From NCBI GenBank assembly GCA_964473655.1, contig CAYYPX010000001.1:1-54414 (forward strand): DNA of 54,414 nt, in the 5' to 3' direction. Below are positions 18,510 to 27,800 of the stretch, piece by piece (position 1 is the first letter of the stretch; each line of letters opens with the position of its first letter). A program made the position numbers and the translations under genes. This stretch comes from an uncultured Micavibrio sp. (lineage in GTDB: Bacteria; Pseudomonadota; Alphaproteobacteria; Micavibrionales; Micavibrionaceae). The notes beneath the pieces are model-generated. The model searched no databases. It was not told the origin of the DNA and was given only the letters and a program-made list of their open reading frames with translations.

Positions 18510-19106
18510 TTATGGCGAGGAGTCTCTTGGTTTTGGTGGATCAAAAGAAATTCTTTCTACAGGCGTATCATCCTCTATCCCCACAAGTTGCGGTGATTCC
18601 GGTGGCAGCGGGTTTGGCGGCGGCAGACTTCCATCAGCATTCGGCTCTATCTCTATAATTCTTGGACTTCGCGGATCATCGTAAACAGGAGCGGGTAAAA
18701 CGCCTTCCTTGTTATCATTGCTGGTATCCGCGCTCTTGTCCGGAATTTTGACATCGTCCTGCTCGTACCATTGAACCGCTTTTTTGCCCAAAAGAAATCC
18801 ACCAACGGCACCGACCGTGCCCGCAACGATAACACCTTTGGGACCAAGCACCACGCCGAGTGTCCCGCCAGCCTTCGCACCAGCAGCGGCACCCAGCAGC
18901 CGCTCGCTGCCCACACGGTCTTTTACGAACTGATAGCTTTCACCCACCACCAATTCGCCCGCCTTGATACCGATACGAAGACCTTTGCTGATCCACGAAG
19001 ATTTGCCGGCTGCAATGGTGAAGGCATCACGTGTAAAATTTTTAACCGCCGTGCTTTTTAATACTTCTTGGGCAATTGAATCTTGCTTCTTGTTATCTTC
19101 GCTCAT
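18510..19106 (-). CDS. Hypothetical membrane protein P4: glycine-zipper segment plus Pro-rich C-terminal tail
   Basis: RBS AGGGAGGA. LLGAAAGAKAGGTLGVVLGPKGVIVAGTVGAVGGFLLG is glycine-zipper-like. The tail is PPPNPLPPESP...PPKP. Last gene of the operon. Confidence 0.6.
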   Translation of the reverse strand: MSEDNKKQDSIAQEVLKSTAVKNFTRDAFTIAAGKSSWISKGLRIGIKAGELVVGESYQFVKDRVGSERLLGAAAGAKAGGTLGVVLGPKGVIVAGTVGAVGGFLLGKKAVQWYEQDDVKIPDKSADTSNDNKEGVLPAPVYDDPRSPRIIEIEPNADGSLPPPNPLPPESPQLVGIEDDTPVERISFDPPKPRDSSP

Positions 19107-19124
19107 TTTATCCTCCCTGTTCTC

Positions 19125-20018
19125 TTATGCGAATAACGGCCCTGTCGGAAATTCAACCCGCAGCACAACTGGCCGGTCTACCGCATAGGTTGGTTGCTGT
19201 TCCGATGGATTGGCCGGAGATTCTTGCGCAGCTTTCACTGCTGCCTGTTCGGCAGGTTTCATCGATTGATGAATTTCTTCTTGCGTTAACGGACGACAGG
19301 AGACATTCGTGACATTCTGATAAAGATCCAGCGTGTGATAGAAAGGCATACCTTTCCAGTGAAACCCGTATCCGGTGACTTCACACACGGCCATTTCGTT
19401 TGGAATGTTGGCATAAACATCTTCTTCCGGAAAAATCAGGAATGGCGAATACCAGCTTTTTTGAATTTGATAATATTCACCATTTCCTGAGTCTGTGCTA
19501 CACGGCAAAGATGTACATCCGGTAAATTGATATGTCTGTCCCGGAACAATTTCCTGTTTGCCTGTCGTGTAGATTGTTTGCGTGAATTGTGTGGTTTGAT
19601 AATAGACAGTATTCACCGCACCGATGGATGCAACGCCAAGACCGACTGCCAGTGTAAACATTCTGCACAAACGCCCTGCCGAAAAGATACGGTCACCATC
19701 GGCATCCAGTTTTTGCTTGCCGTCTTCGCGCTCATACGCCGCCCAACTGAACGCATCCATCAATTTTCCACCAACCCAACGCGCTGGAGTCAAAATCTTT
19801 TTGGCATAAGGACTTACTTTTTCATACAAATCCTGCGCGGCATCCCAGACTTTTCCGATTCTACGCACCGGCAACGTGATAAACCGGACAGCCTCCAGCA
19901 AAGAAGATCCGCTTTTCTTCGGATGCTCTTCTACCTCTTCGCGGGCTTCTATTTTTTTGGTAGTCAGCTGCGCCGCTCTTAAACTTTCTTGTGCTGCTCT
20001 CAATGCATCGTTTTTCAT
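19125..20018 (-). CDS. Hypothetical single-pass membrane protein P3 with a Cys-containing C-terminal domain
   Basis: GAGG RBS, 7 nt after the P2 stop. Helical N-terminus, TM segment MFTLAVGLGVASIGAVNTVYY, and a C-terminal domain with 4 Cys (TGCTSLPC...VCEV...SCRP). No family recognised with confidence. Confidence 0.6.
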   Translation of the reverse strand: MKNDALRAAQESLRAAQLTTKKIEAREEVEEHPKKSGSSLLEAVRFITLPVRRIGKVWDAAQDLYEKVSPYAKKILTPARWVGGKLMDAFSWAAYEREDGKQKLDADGDRIFSAGRLCRMFTLAVGLGVASIGAVNTVYYQTTQFTQTIYTTGKQEIVPGQTYQFTGCTSLPCSTDSGNGEYYQIQKSWYSPFLIFPEEDVYANIPNEMAVCEVTGYGFHWKGMPFYHTLDLYQNVTNVSCRPLTQEEIHQSMKPAEQAAVKAAQESPANPSEQQPTYAVDRPVVLRVEFPTGPLFA

Positions 20019-20025
20019 GTCAACC

Positions 20026-22365
20026 TCACATCATCATCGGCGCAAAAACATTGCGCAGGTTTGAGCCTTGGAACGGAGGCAGAGGACGTCCGCCACCGAC
20101 CACCTTTAAAGGCACCACTTCAGCAGAAGGCGCTTCAGGTATTGGCTCGTTTATATTGGCGGCATATCCCAATGTGAAAGAATCTTCGGGCTTACCCGTT
20201 GTCTTATAGGTCGCCGTAATAACACCGCCCGCCTTGTTGTCGGAATTTTCAAGGACGATGTCGGCGATTTTATCGGTCAGGTTGTTGGTCACGAATTTTT
20301 GAACCTGACGTGCGCCTTCCTCGACCTTGTATTTATCTTCCACAAGAGCGCGGATATCATCAACAGACAAAGCCACGGTGATTTTCTTTTCACCCATGCG
20401 CTTGTTCAAACCATCAAGATCGCGCTTGACGATCCGCTCGATGTTTTCGTTGCTATGCGCCTTTAACAGCAAAAATTTATCGATACGGTTGATCAACTCT
20501 TGCGGGAAAATCGCACGAGACTCACTCTTGATATCCGCCTCGCTGTTCGCTGATGTACGATAAGCATCGAACGACATTTTCTGTCCCAAATTGGTGGTCA
20601 TGATGATCACCGTGTTGCGAAAATCGACCGTACCCAATTCATCGCTCAAACGGCCTTTATCCAAAACCTGCAATAAAATTTTGAAAACATCTGGATGCGC
20701 TTTTTCAACCTCATCCAGCAAGATCACCTGATAAGGTTTACGGCGCACAGCGTTGGTGAGCGCGCCGCCTTCCCCATAGCCGGCATAACCCGGAGGCGCG
20801 CCGATCAAGCGTGATACCGTATGTTTTTCCATGTATTCGGACATATCGAATACGGTGAGCGAGTCTTTATCATCGTATAAATCTTCGGCCAGACATTCGG
20901 CGACATAGCTTTTTCCGATACCGGAAGAGCCTACGAGCATAAAAGAGCCGATCGGTTTTTGCGGATCTTTCAAACCGGCTTTTGCACGTTTGATAGCGCC
21001 GGAAATGGAATCGACCGCATCGTCCTGCCCAAATATTTTGTCCTTCAGTCGTTTATCAAGACCCATCGCCTTGGTCGCTTCATTGGCGTTCAAATCTTTG
21101 GCCGGAATACCGGAAATCTCCCCGAACAATTCGCGTACGTCCGAAACTTCAAGCGACAATTTATCGTTATGCTCGCCCTTCAAAGATTTTGCTTTTTCGG
21201 TTGCTTCAATAACTGCTTTACGGGTTTCACGAAGGAATTTTTCGATATCCTTAACATCCTGCGTCTTCATGCCGTTCAATTCGTTTTCGTTCGGCTCCCG
21301 TCCTTTTTCATCTTGAAATTTTCTTCTTAAGACGTCCATTTTTTCTTCAAGTTCGATCTCCAGCTTCACAACGTCTTTTTCTTGTTTGCGTTTTTCAAGA
21401 TAAGCGGCACCCAGCGCCTTTGCGCGAGCCCCCCATGATTCATTGATCGCATCGATTTTCTCTTTCAGGGCGGTCTTTGCTTCAGCATCTCCATCACCAA
21501 GAGCCGCCATTTTTTTCTCCAGCTCATCCAGCTCTTTCGGGCGGGATTGCATGCGGGATACGAATGTACTCGCGATCTGATCGCGCATTCGCAGAGCGCG
21601 GGATGGCTGTTCCCGCATATAGATACGAAGGTTCGGATATAAAAAGGTAAGGTTGACGATTTCAGCGTTTGCTTCGTCCGTGATGTGAAGGCCGTCATGG
21701 TGTTTTTCCAAACCTTCTTTGGATTTCGCCATGATATCGAGAACGACGTCTTTGGTCGGCGCTTTCTTTTCAACGATGGTAAAAAGTTCTGCCATTTCGG
21801 AATGTGCTTCCATCACTTGGCGCAGATTGTTACGGCCCGGCTCTTCACGAACCATCAGGATAGATTGAAACGCCCCTTTTTTCAGATCGCGGATGAAAGC
21901 GGATACCATACCTTGGCACTGATTGTCTTCGATACCTTTCAACCAATCATTGGCATCTTCGATGATCAGAACATGGTTTCCCGGTCTCTCCAGTTCTGCA
22001 AAAATTTTTTTGATATTCGCCTGAATTTTGTCCGGATCATTTTCTTCAAACAGCGTGTTCACATCGAGCAAAAGAAAACGGCGATCGATCATGTGCAGAG
22101 GCAATCTTTTTTCGCCCTCTTTCAACGTACCTTCGATCGTGTCTTTCTTACGCTGCGCGATACCCTTGATCGTTGCGGTCTTTCCAAGGCCGGATTTGCC
22201 GACATAGATGATATTGCTGTTCTGACTCTGGCCCAAGATGCTGGACAGTTTTTCGATGTCGCCGTCCCCGACCAGATTGAAATCCGCGTTCAACATATCG
22301 AGTGAGTCTTCGAGATCGTGCAAAAGTTCGTTCTTGCGCTTATCGGCAAGAGGCTTGGTGGTCAT
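20026..22365 (-). CDS. Atypical ClpB/ClpV-like Hsp100 AAA+ ATPase (no N-domain, degenerate NBD1, canonical NBD2)
   Basis: NBD1: GKSGLGKT (Walker A) but VLIIEDAN in place of hhhhDE, and no KYRGEFE pore loop. A long charged coiled coil resembles the middle domain. NBD2: GSSGIGKS, VILLDEVEKAH, GAPPGYAGYGEGG, TVDFRNTVIIMTTN, ELINRID. The C-terminal extension of about 60 aa is unrelated to ClpB. Confidence 0.85.
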   Translation of the reverse strand: MTTKPLADKRKNELLHDLEDSLDMLNADFNLVGDGDIEKLSSILGQSQNSNIIYVGKSGLGKTATIKGIAQRKKDTIEGTLKEGEKRLPLHMIDRRFLLLDVNTLFEENDPDKIQANIKKIFAELERPGNHVLIIEDANDWLKGIEDNQCQGMVSAFIRDLKKGAFQSILMVREEPGRNNLRQVMEAHSEMAELFTIVEKKAPTKDVVLDIMAKSKEGLEKHHDGLHITDEANAEIVNLTFLYPNLRIYMREQPSRALRMRDQIASTFVSRMQSRPKELDELEKKMAALGDGDAEAKTALKEKIDAINESWGARAKALGAAYLEKRKQEKDVVKLEIELEEKMDVLRRKFQDEKGREPNENELNGMKTQDVKDIEKFLRETRKAVIEATEKAKSLKGEHNDKLSLEVSDVRELFGEISGIPAKDLNANEATKAMGLDKRLKDKIFGQDDAVDSISGAIKRAKAGLKDPQKPIGSFMLVGSSGIGKSYVAECLAEDLYDDKDSLTVFDMSEYMEKHTVSRLIGAPPGYAGYGEGGALTNAVRRKPYQVILLDEVEKAHPDVFKILLQVLDKGRLSDELGTVDFRNTVIIMTTNLGQKMSFDAYRTSANSEADIKSESRAIFPQELINRIDKFLLLKAHSNENIERIVKRDLDGLNKRMGEKKITVALSVDDIRALVEDKYKVEEGARQVQKFVTNNLTDKIADIVLENSDNKAGGVITATYKTTGKPEDSFTLGYAANINEPIPEAPSAEVVPLKVVGGGRPLPPFQGSNLRNVFAPMMM

Positions 22366-22436
22366 AGTGAAACTCCCTGTGTGTGTCTTTTTTATATTTT
22401 TAGTTTTTTATTCATGGTCCCGAGTGCCCAGTGGAA

Positions 22437-22459
22437 CCGTATCCTTTTTGGGGATACGG
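22437..22459 (-). promoter_or_regulatory. Intercistronic RNA hairpin between P1 and P2
   Basis: CCGTATCC (22437-22444) and GGATACGG (22452-22459), an 8-bp perfect stem in the 110-nt P1-P2 gap. No U-tract follows on the mRNA strand. Confidence 0.4.
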
Positions 22460-22475
22460 CCCCACCCACACAGGG

Positions 22476-24203
22476 TTAACCCATCGAAGGAGCCGAGGGA
22501 GCCCCAACGCCAAGTTGACCATCTTTTACAAAGACCCTGCGGTTGATTTCACCGTCTATAGCCAACGAATCTTCGTTTGCTTTACCAAGGTCTTGGGTTG
22601 TTTTGATCAAACGGTCGATCAGTTCTTTCCTTGTGCCGGCAATATCCAACATTATATCATTGCCCTCACTCATGGTTTCCGTGACCGCACGAACAGCATC
22701 GCTCATTGTTTTGATGCCTTCATTCTTTGCCATTTGAGCCATGAATTTACGCTCCATATCCTTGGCAAAATCACCCAAGAAGGTGTGCGTTTCACGCGTA
22801 TACAATCCACGGCTGACCAAACTCTGAACATCAGTTGCAAGACCTTCGATCCGCATGATCGTGGCATTACCGGTAACAGCCGCACTACCAACAGCCATCA
22901 ATTGATGTTCCATGGCATCATTCAAACCAGACTTCATTTGGTCTTTCATATTCGAAAGTTGGGTTTGCGTTCTTTCTAGTTCACTCGATACGGAAGCCGT
23001 AGTCTGCACCGTCTTTTCTACCGAGGAAACGTGGTCATTTAAAAACCGCAACTTCTTCTCTCGCTTCATACCTTCAATACCGGTTGACGCATCTGTTGCT
23101 TCGATCTCTTTGAGTTTGATGGCGTTATTTTCTTGCGCCTTCCTTTGAGCATCCAGAAGAATTGAAACATTTTCTGCCGTGTTCTGTGTCAGCGTATGAA
23201 CATCAATAACGCGACCATGCAACACGCCCAGCTGCTTTCCAACGCCTTTCAATGTGTCAGTTGTGTTTTCGATATAATTCAACGTCGCATCAGCAAGTGC
23301 TTTTAATTTTTCCTTGAACTCTTCAGAACCAATATCAAGAATTTCCAATATTTGTTCATGCACCTTGTAATCACTACCTTGCAAAAACGTTTCAAAAGCT
23401 GCCGCTTTGCCGGTGAGATCCGTTGTGGCAGTTGTCAAATCTTCCCTTTTTAGACTTGTGTCAGCTTCGATCTCTGCCAATTTTATTTTATTGGCGACGA
23501 TACGACGCTTCTTTTCGCCTTTGAAGAATAAGAAACTATCTTTTTCTTCTTCAGCAATCACCGTTTTCAGCGCCAGTGCTTCTCTGTCTTTTGTTTTAAC
23601 GGCGGCGTTTATGACCTCAACGCCCTTACGCAACTCTTCAAGCTGTCTTTCAAGTTCTTTCTTTTCTTCCGTCTTGTCTTTAGAATTGAGCAATGCCTTG
23701 ACCAGACCTTCCGGTCCACCATGTTCGGTCAAGATTTTATCGATCACAGCAAGTTTGTCTCTTAACTCCGCACGACCTTCATCCATCGCATGATAGTTTT
23801 CAAAAACCTCTCGAAGGTTGGTCTGTAGCTCAGAAAGCGGGTTGTCACGCGCAAGTCGAATCATTGCCTTGTTATGCTCGGTGAAATCATCCAGAAGCTG
23901 CCCAACAGCCGCTTGGTTTTCAGCGATCGATTTCAGGTTTGCTTCGAGGTCCTCTTCATTGAAGAACAATAGTTCGGCGATTTTGTCGGCTTTTTCTTTC
24001 GGGTCGAGCGAGGCGTCGTTCAGAATTTTGAAAATCGGTGAGTTGGAGACATCGATTTTCGACGTGGCCACAGCCACATCCTGTTCTTCCGCACGCGTAC
24101 GGCGAAAACGGCCTAGCCCTGTACTTGCTTTGGTTTCGCCTGACTCAGCGGCGCGCATTCTCTCGGCAACCGCCGCAAAGCGGGGTTTCATTTGATCGGT
24201 CAT
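22476..24203 (-). CDS. Hypothetical 575-aa coiled-coil protein P1 (first gene of the operon)
   Basis: RBS context ACACAGGGAG. Basic, disordered N-terminal stretch of about 45 aa, then nearly continuous Glu/Lys/Leu-rich helical sequence. No enzymatic motif and no TM segment. Family not recognised. Confidence 0.7.
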   Translation of the reverse strand: MTDQMKPRFAAVAERMRAAESGETKASTGLGRFRRTRAEEQDVAVATSKIDVSNSPIFKILNDASLDPKEKADKIAELLFFNEEDLEANLKSIAENQAAVGQLLDDFTEHNKAMIRLARDNPLSELQTNLREVFENYHAMDEGRAELRDKLAVIDKILTEHGGPEGLVKALLNSKDKTEEKKELERQLEELRKGVEVINAAVKTKDREALALKTVIAEEEKDSFLFFKGEKKRRIVANKIKLAEIEADTSLKREDLTTATTDLTGKAAAFETFLQGSDYKVHEQILEILDIGSEEFKEKLKALADATLNYIENTTDTLKGVGKQLGVLHGRVIDVHTLTQNTAENVSILLDAQRKAQENNAIKLKEIEATDASTGIEGMKREKKLRFLNDHVSSVEKTVQTTASVSSELERTQTQLSNMKDQMKSGLNDAMEHQLMAVGSAAVTGNATIMRIEGLATDVQSLVSRGLYTRETHTFLGDFAKDMERKFMAQMAKNEGIKTMSDAVRAVTETMSEGNDIMLDIAGTRKELIDRLIKTTQDLGKANEDSLAIDGEINRRVFVKDGQLGVGAPSAPSMG

Positions 24204-24238
24204 TACTTTTACTCCCTGTGTATAGTTTTTTGTTATTA

Positions 24239-24261
24239 AAGTAATACTTTGAGTATTACTT
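24239..24261. promoter_or_regulatory. Perfect 10-bp inverted repeat AAGTAATACT-TTG-AGTATTACTT in the P1 5' leader
   Basis: Arms at 24239-24248 and 24252-24261 are exact reverse complements, 36-58 nt upstream of the P1 ATG. Candidate operator or 5'-UTR hairpin. Confidence 0.35.
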
Positions 24262-24366
24262 GTGATTACGAACGCCGCTTTTGCGGGCCGTTTTGCAAAT
24301 CACGTGATGTACGTGGGTTGCGGATCGTCTGTCCCGAGATTAAAAAATCTAGGAAAAACAAACGGT

Positions 24367-24388
24367 TCTAACGCCATACGGCGTTGGA
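24367..24388 (-). promoter_or_regulatory. Terminator/attenuator-like hairpin in the operon leader
   Basis: On the mRNA strand: TTCcAACGCC-GTAT-GGCGTTaGAA, then CCGTTTGTTTTT. It lies immediately downstream of the 10-codon uORF. Confidence 0.35.
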
Positions 24389-24389
24389 A

Positions 24390-24422
24390 TTAGGATGGTT
24401 TTGTGGATTTGGATGTGATCAT
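24390..24422 (-). CDS. Candidate leader peptide uORF (MITSKSTKPS)
   Basis: ATG at complement(24420..24422), preceded by the same ACACAGGGAG element that precedes P1 and P2. 10 codons plus TAA. Very short, so chance cannot be excluded. Confidence 0.2.
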   Translation of the reverse strand: MITSKSTKPS

Positions 24423-24451
24423 GTTTTAGCTCCCTGTGTGTTTTATTTTGT

Positions 24452-24473
24452 GGCCTTCTTTATGTAGAAGGCC
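24452..24473 (+). terminator. Orphan hairpin plus T-tract (plus-strand orientation) in the divergent control region
   Basis: GGCCTTCT (24452-24459), a 6-nt loop, AGAAGGCC (24466-24473), followed by CGATATTTTTATTT. No plus-strand CDS lies upstream. Confidence 0.35.
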
Positions 24474-24896
24474 CGATATTTTTATTTGTTATTAATACTA
24501 TCTTAAATTTTTACTTTATTGTCAACAAATTTTGTAAATTTATACAAGCTCCTAAAAATCTATACTTGCAAGGCTCGTTGCTTTGTAAAAAATCGCATTT
24601 CGGAACGCAAAAGAAGAGGGGCAGCAACGCAGAAGGTCACATATCAATGCCAAAATACAAGATTACGTAAAAAATTTAGCAGATTTCCGGCATTTTATGC
24701 CTCTTGAGGCGCAGATAGATACAATTTTAGTAAATTTGGAGGCATTTTGGACGCCTTTTGTCGCCAAATGGTTAACAAAATTCTTTCTTGGCCAAGTGGT
24801 ACTTTTAATTATATCATTAGAATCAATAGATTACTGTTGGTTTTTCCCTCCCCCCATCCTTACGATTTCCCGCGCCTTTTATAGTAAAATTTAAGA

Positions 24897-27800
24897 ATGC
24901 TCGTTCCAAAGAAATACAGCCGCGTGCTCATGCACACGACCGCATTGGTCGCGGCACTTTGTGTGGGTGGAACGAATGCTTTCGCAGAACCAACTGGTGG
25001 CACAGTGACATCGGGTTCTGCCGGGATTTCCACGAGTGGCAATACCACCTCGATCCTGCAATCAACAGACCGCGCAATCATTCGTTGGGACACGTTCGAT
25101 ATCAATTCATCCGAACACGTACAATTTTTACAGCCGAACAGTTCTTCGATCACGGTCAACAGAATTCGTGATTCCAAAGCATCGCAAATTGATGGCCGCC
25201 TTAGCGCGAACGGAAATATTATTTTGATTAACCCGAACGGCATTTTGTTCGGCGCAAGTTCGGTGGTTGATGTCGGCGGGCTCATCGCAACCACATCCGA
25301 TCTTGATGATGACAATGCGTTCATGAATGGCGGCGCGGTAAAATTTACAAAGCCCGGGGACCCCAATGCAAAGATCGTCAACAGCGGTACCATAACCGTA
25401 CGCGATGGCGGGCTTGTCGGGCTTGTCGCCCCGAATGTTGAAAACCACGGCGTGATACAGGCGAAGCTCGGAAAGGTACATCTGGCCTCCGGTGATATTC
25501 ATACAATCGATTTGGCCGGCGATGGTTTGATCAAGCTCGAAGTCTCTGAACACGTGTACGCGCAATCCGTTAAGAACACCGGTACGATCAAAGCAGATGG
25601 TGGTGAAATTCTTTTAACAGCTGCCGCCGCCCGTGGCATTGTCGATACGTTGGTGACGAACACAGGTACATTGCAGGCGAACACGGTGACCCTCACCGAT
25701 GGTACACAAAAAACGGGTCGTATCACGGTCTCTACGTACGGCCTCAATCTTACAGTTCCACATGACATCACCGTTACCACGCCCGATCTAGCCGTGCAGC
25801 CGCCGCGCATCATCAATACAGGCACATTGTCCGTAAATGGTGACCTTGTGGATCAAGTGGCGGGTAGCATCACCGTTTTGGGCAAACTGATTCAAATCGG
25901 CGATGGATCGGTCGTCACGGCATCGGGTGATTCCGGCGGCGGCGATATCCGCATCGGCGGCGATTACCAAGGCGGCAACAACGTTCCAACATCCGACATG
26001 GTATTCATTTCCGAACACGCGATTTTGAGCGCGAACGCACGTCGTCGCGGCGATGGCGGCCGGATCATTTTATGGTCGGATGAGAACACGCGATTCTACG
26101 GCCACGCGGAAAGCATGGGTGGCATCGATGGTGGCAACGGCGGATTGATCGAAGTCTCCAGCAAAAAATTCCTCGATTTTAACGGGACAACGGATCTTCG
26201 CGGAGAGACGAACGGTATCCTGCTTCTTGACCCAACGGACATCACAATTTCCACCGGCGCGAATTCCAACGTGAATGGTGCATCGCCCTTCGCACCAACA
26301 GCCGATGATGTCGTTTCGGTTTTGAATATCACGACACTTCAAGCCGCGCTTGCATCTGGTAACGTCATCGTACAAACCCGCGCAACAGGCGCGCAGGCCG
26401 GTAATATCACCGTTGCCAATGCCTTGTCATGGACAAGCGGTAACACTCTTACACTCGATGCGCATGGCGGCATCATCGTCAACGCCGCGATCGCAGCGAA
26501 CAGCGGTAGCATCACGATGATTGCAGGTGCGGATGTTGCATTCAACGCGAACATCACAGGGACCGGCACGATCACAATTCGCCAAGCGAATGATTCGATG
26601 ACGATGGGTATCGCGGGCGGGGCGGGCACGCTCAACCTAAGCGCGGCAGATCTCACACGCATCGTCGATGGATGGGGCAATATTATTCTAGGCCGCGCAA
26701 CATCGACAGTTGCCACCACCGTCAACGCACGGACATGGAATGATAATCTAACGATTCTTTCCGGAACGGGCGCGGTCAACATCGCGGGCACGCAAACGAT
26801 GGCGGCGAACACATTGACCATCACAACGGCAAACGGCGCGGTCGGTATCGGCGGCATGGCAGGCACGACCGGCGGATTAACAGTAAGTAGCGGCGGCGCG
26901 GCGATCAGCATCACCGGCGCGGTTGCCACGGGCGGCGCGGTCAGTTTGACGTCCGCCGGCGGTACGATTTCGAATTCGGCGACGTTGGGTTCGGGCGCAC
27001 TGACCATGACATCGGGCGGAGGCATTATCACACTCGGCTCTGCGGTCACCGCAACCGGCACGACCAATATCAACTCCGGCGCGGGCGCACTTAATATTAA
27101 TGCGGCCCTAAGCTCGGGTACGAACGCCCTCACACTCACAACGGCAGGATCGAATATCACAACAAACGCATCGGGCGCGATCACCGGCGGTGTCATTAAT
27201 ATGACGACATCGGGCGGCAACATCGTAACCGGTTCCACCATCACCGCATCGAATACAACAACGTTGAACAGCGGCGCAGGTCTTATCAATCTTGGCGGAA
27301 ACCTGAATGCCGGCGCAAACTCGGTTAGCCTAACCACAACAGCGCGCACCATCACAACACTCGGCCTGACATCGAGCGGCCTGACCATCAATTCCAACGG
27401 TGCCAACGTTTCTACGGGCGCTATCTCCGCCAGCGGCGCGGTTTCCATCACCAGCGGCGCAGGCACAATCAATGTCGGCGCGATCACGTCTGGTACAAAC
27501 GCCGTTACATTGACATCAACCGGATTTGGTATCACAACCGCCGCCATCACATCTGGCGCCCTCTCTATAGCATCGAGTGGTGGTATCATCACAACGAACG
27601 GCGCGATTGCAGCAGCAGGGATTACCAACATCAATTCCGGCGCGGCAGCGATGAATATCAATAACGCGCTCGGTTCCGGCGCATTCGCGATGACATTGAC
27701 AACAACGGGAACCGCCATAACAAAGAACAACACAGGCGCGATCACATCCGCAGCATTGACGATCAACACATCGGGCGGAAATTTAAGCATCGGCACGGCA

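Noticed and set aside
19125-20018. Possible DUF1523-like C-terminal domain in P3
   Set aside because: It rests only on a vague recollection of a Y/W/G-rich pattern (..VTGYGFHWKGMPFY..), which is not strong enough to call without an HMM search.
22476-24203. Possible assignment of P1 to the TelA/toxic-anion-resistance or SMC-like families
   Set aside because: The only shared property I can see is a long helical, charged composition. There are no Walker motifs, and I cannot align a TelA signature from memory. Left as unassigned pending a profile search.
24519-24894. Two plus-strand ORFs (62 and 65 aa) just upstream of the TpsA gene
   Set aside because: They lie in an AT-rich intergenic region, have no RBS, and give low-complexity, hydrophobic or basic products. 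More likely promoter/leader DNA.
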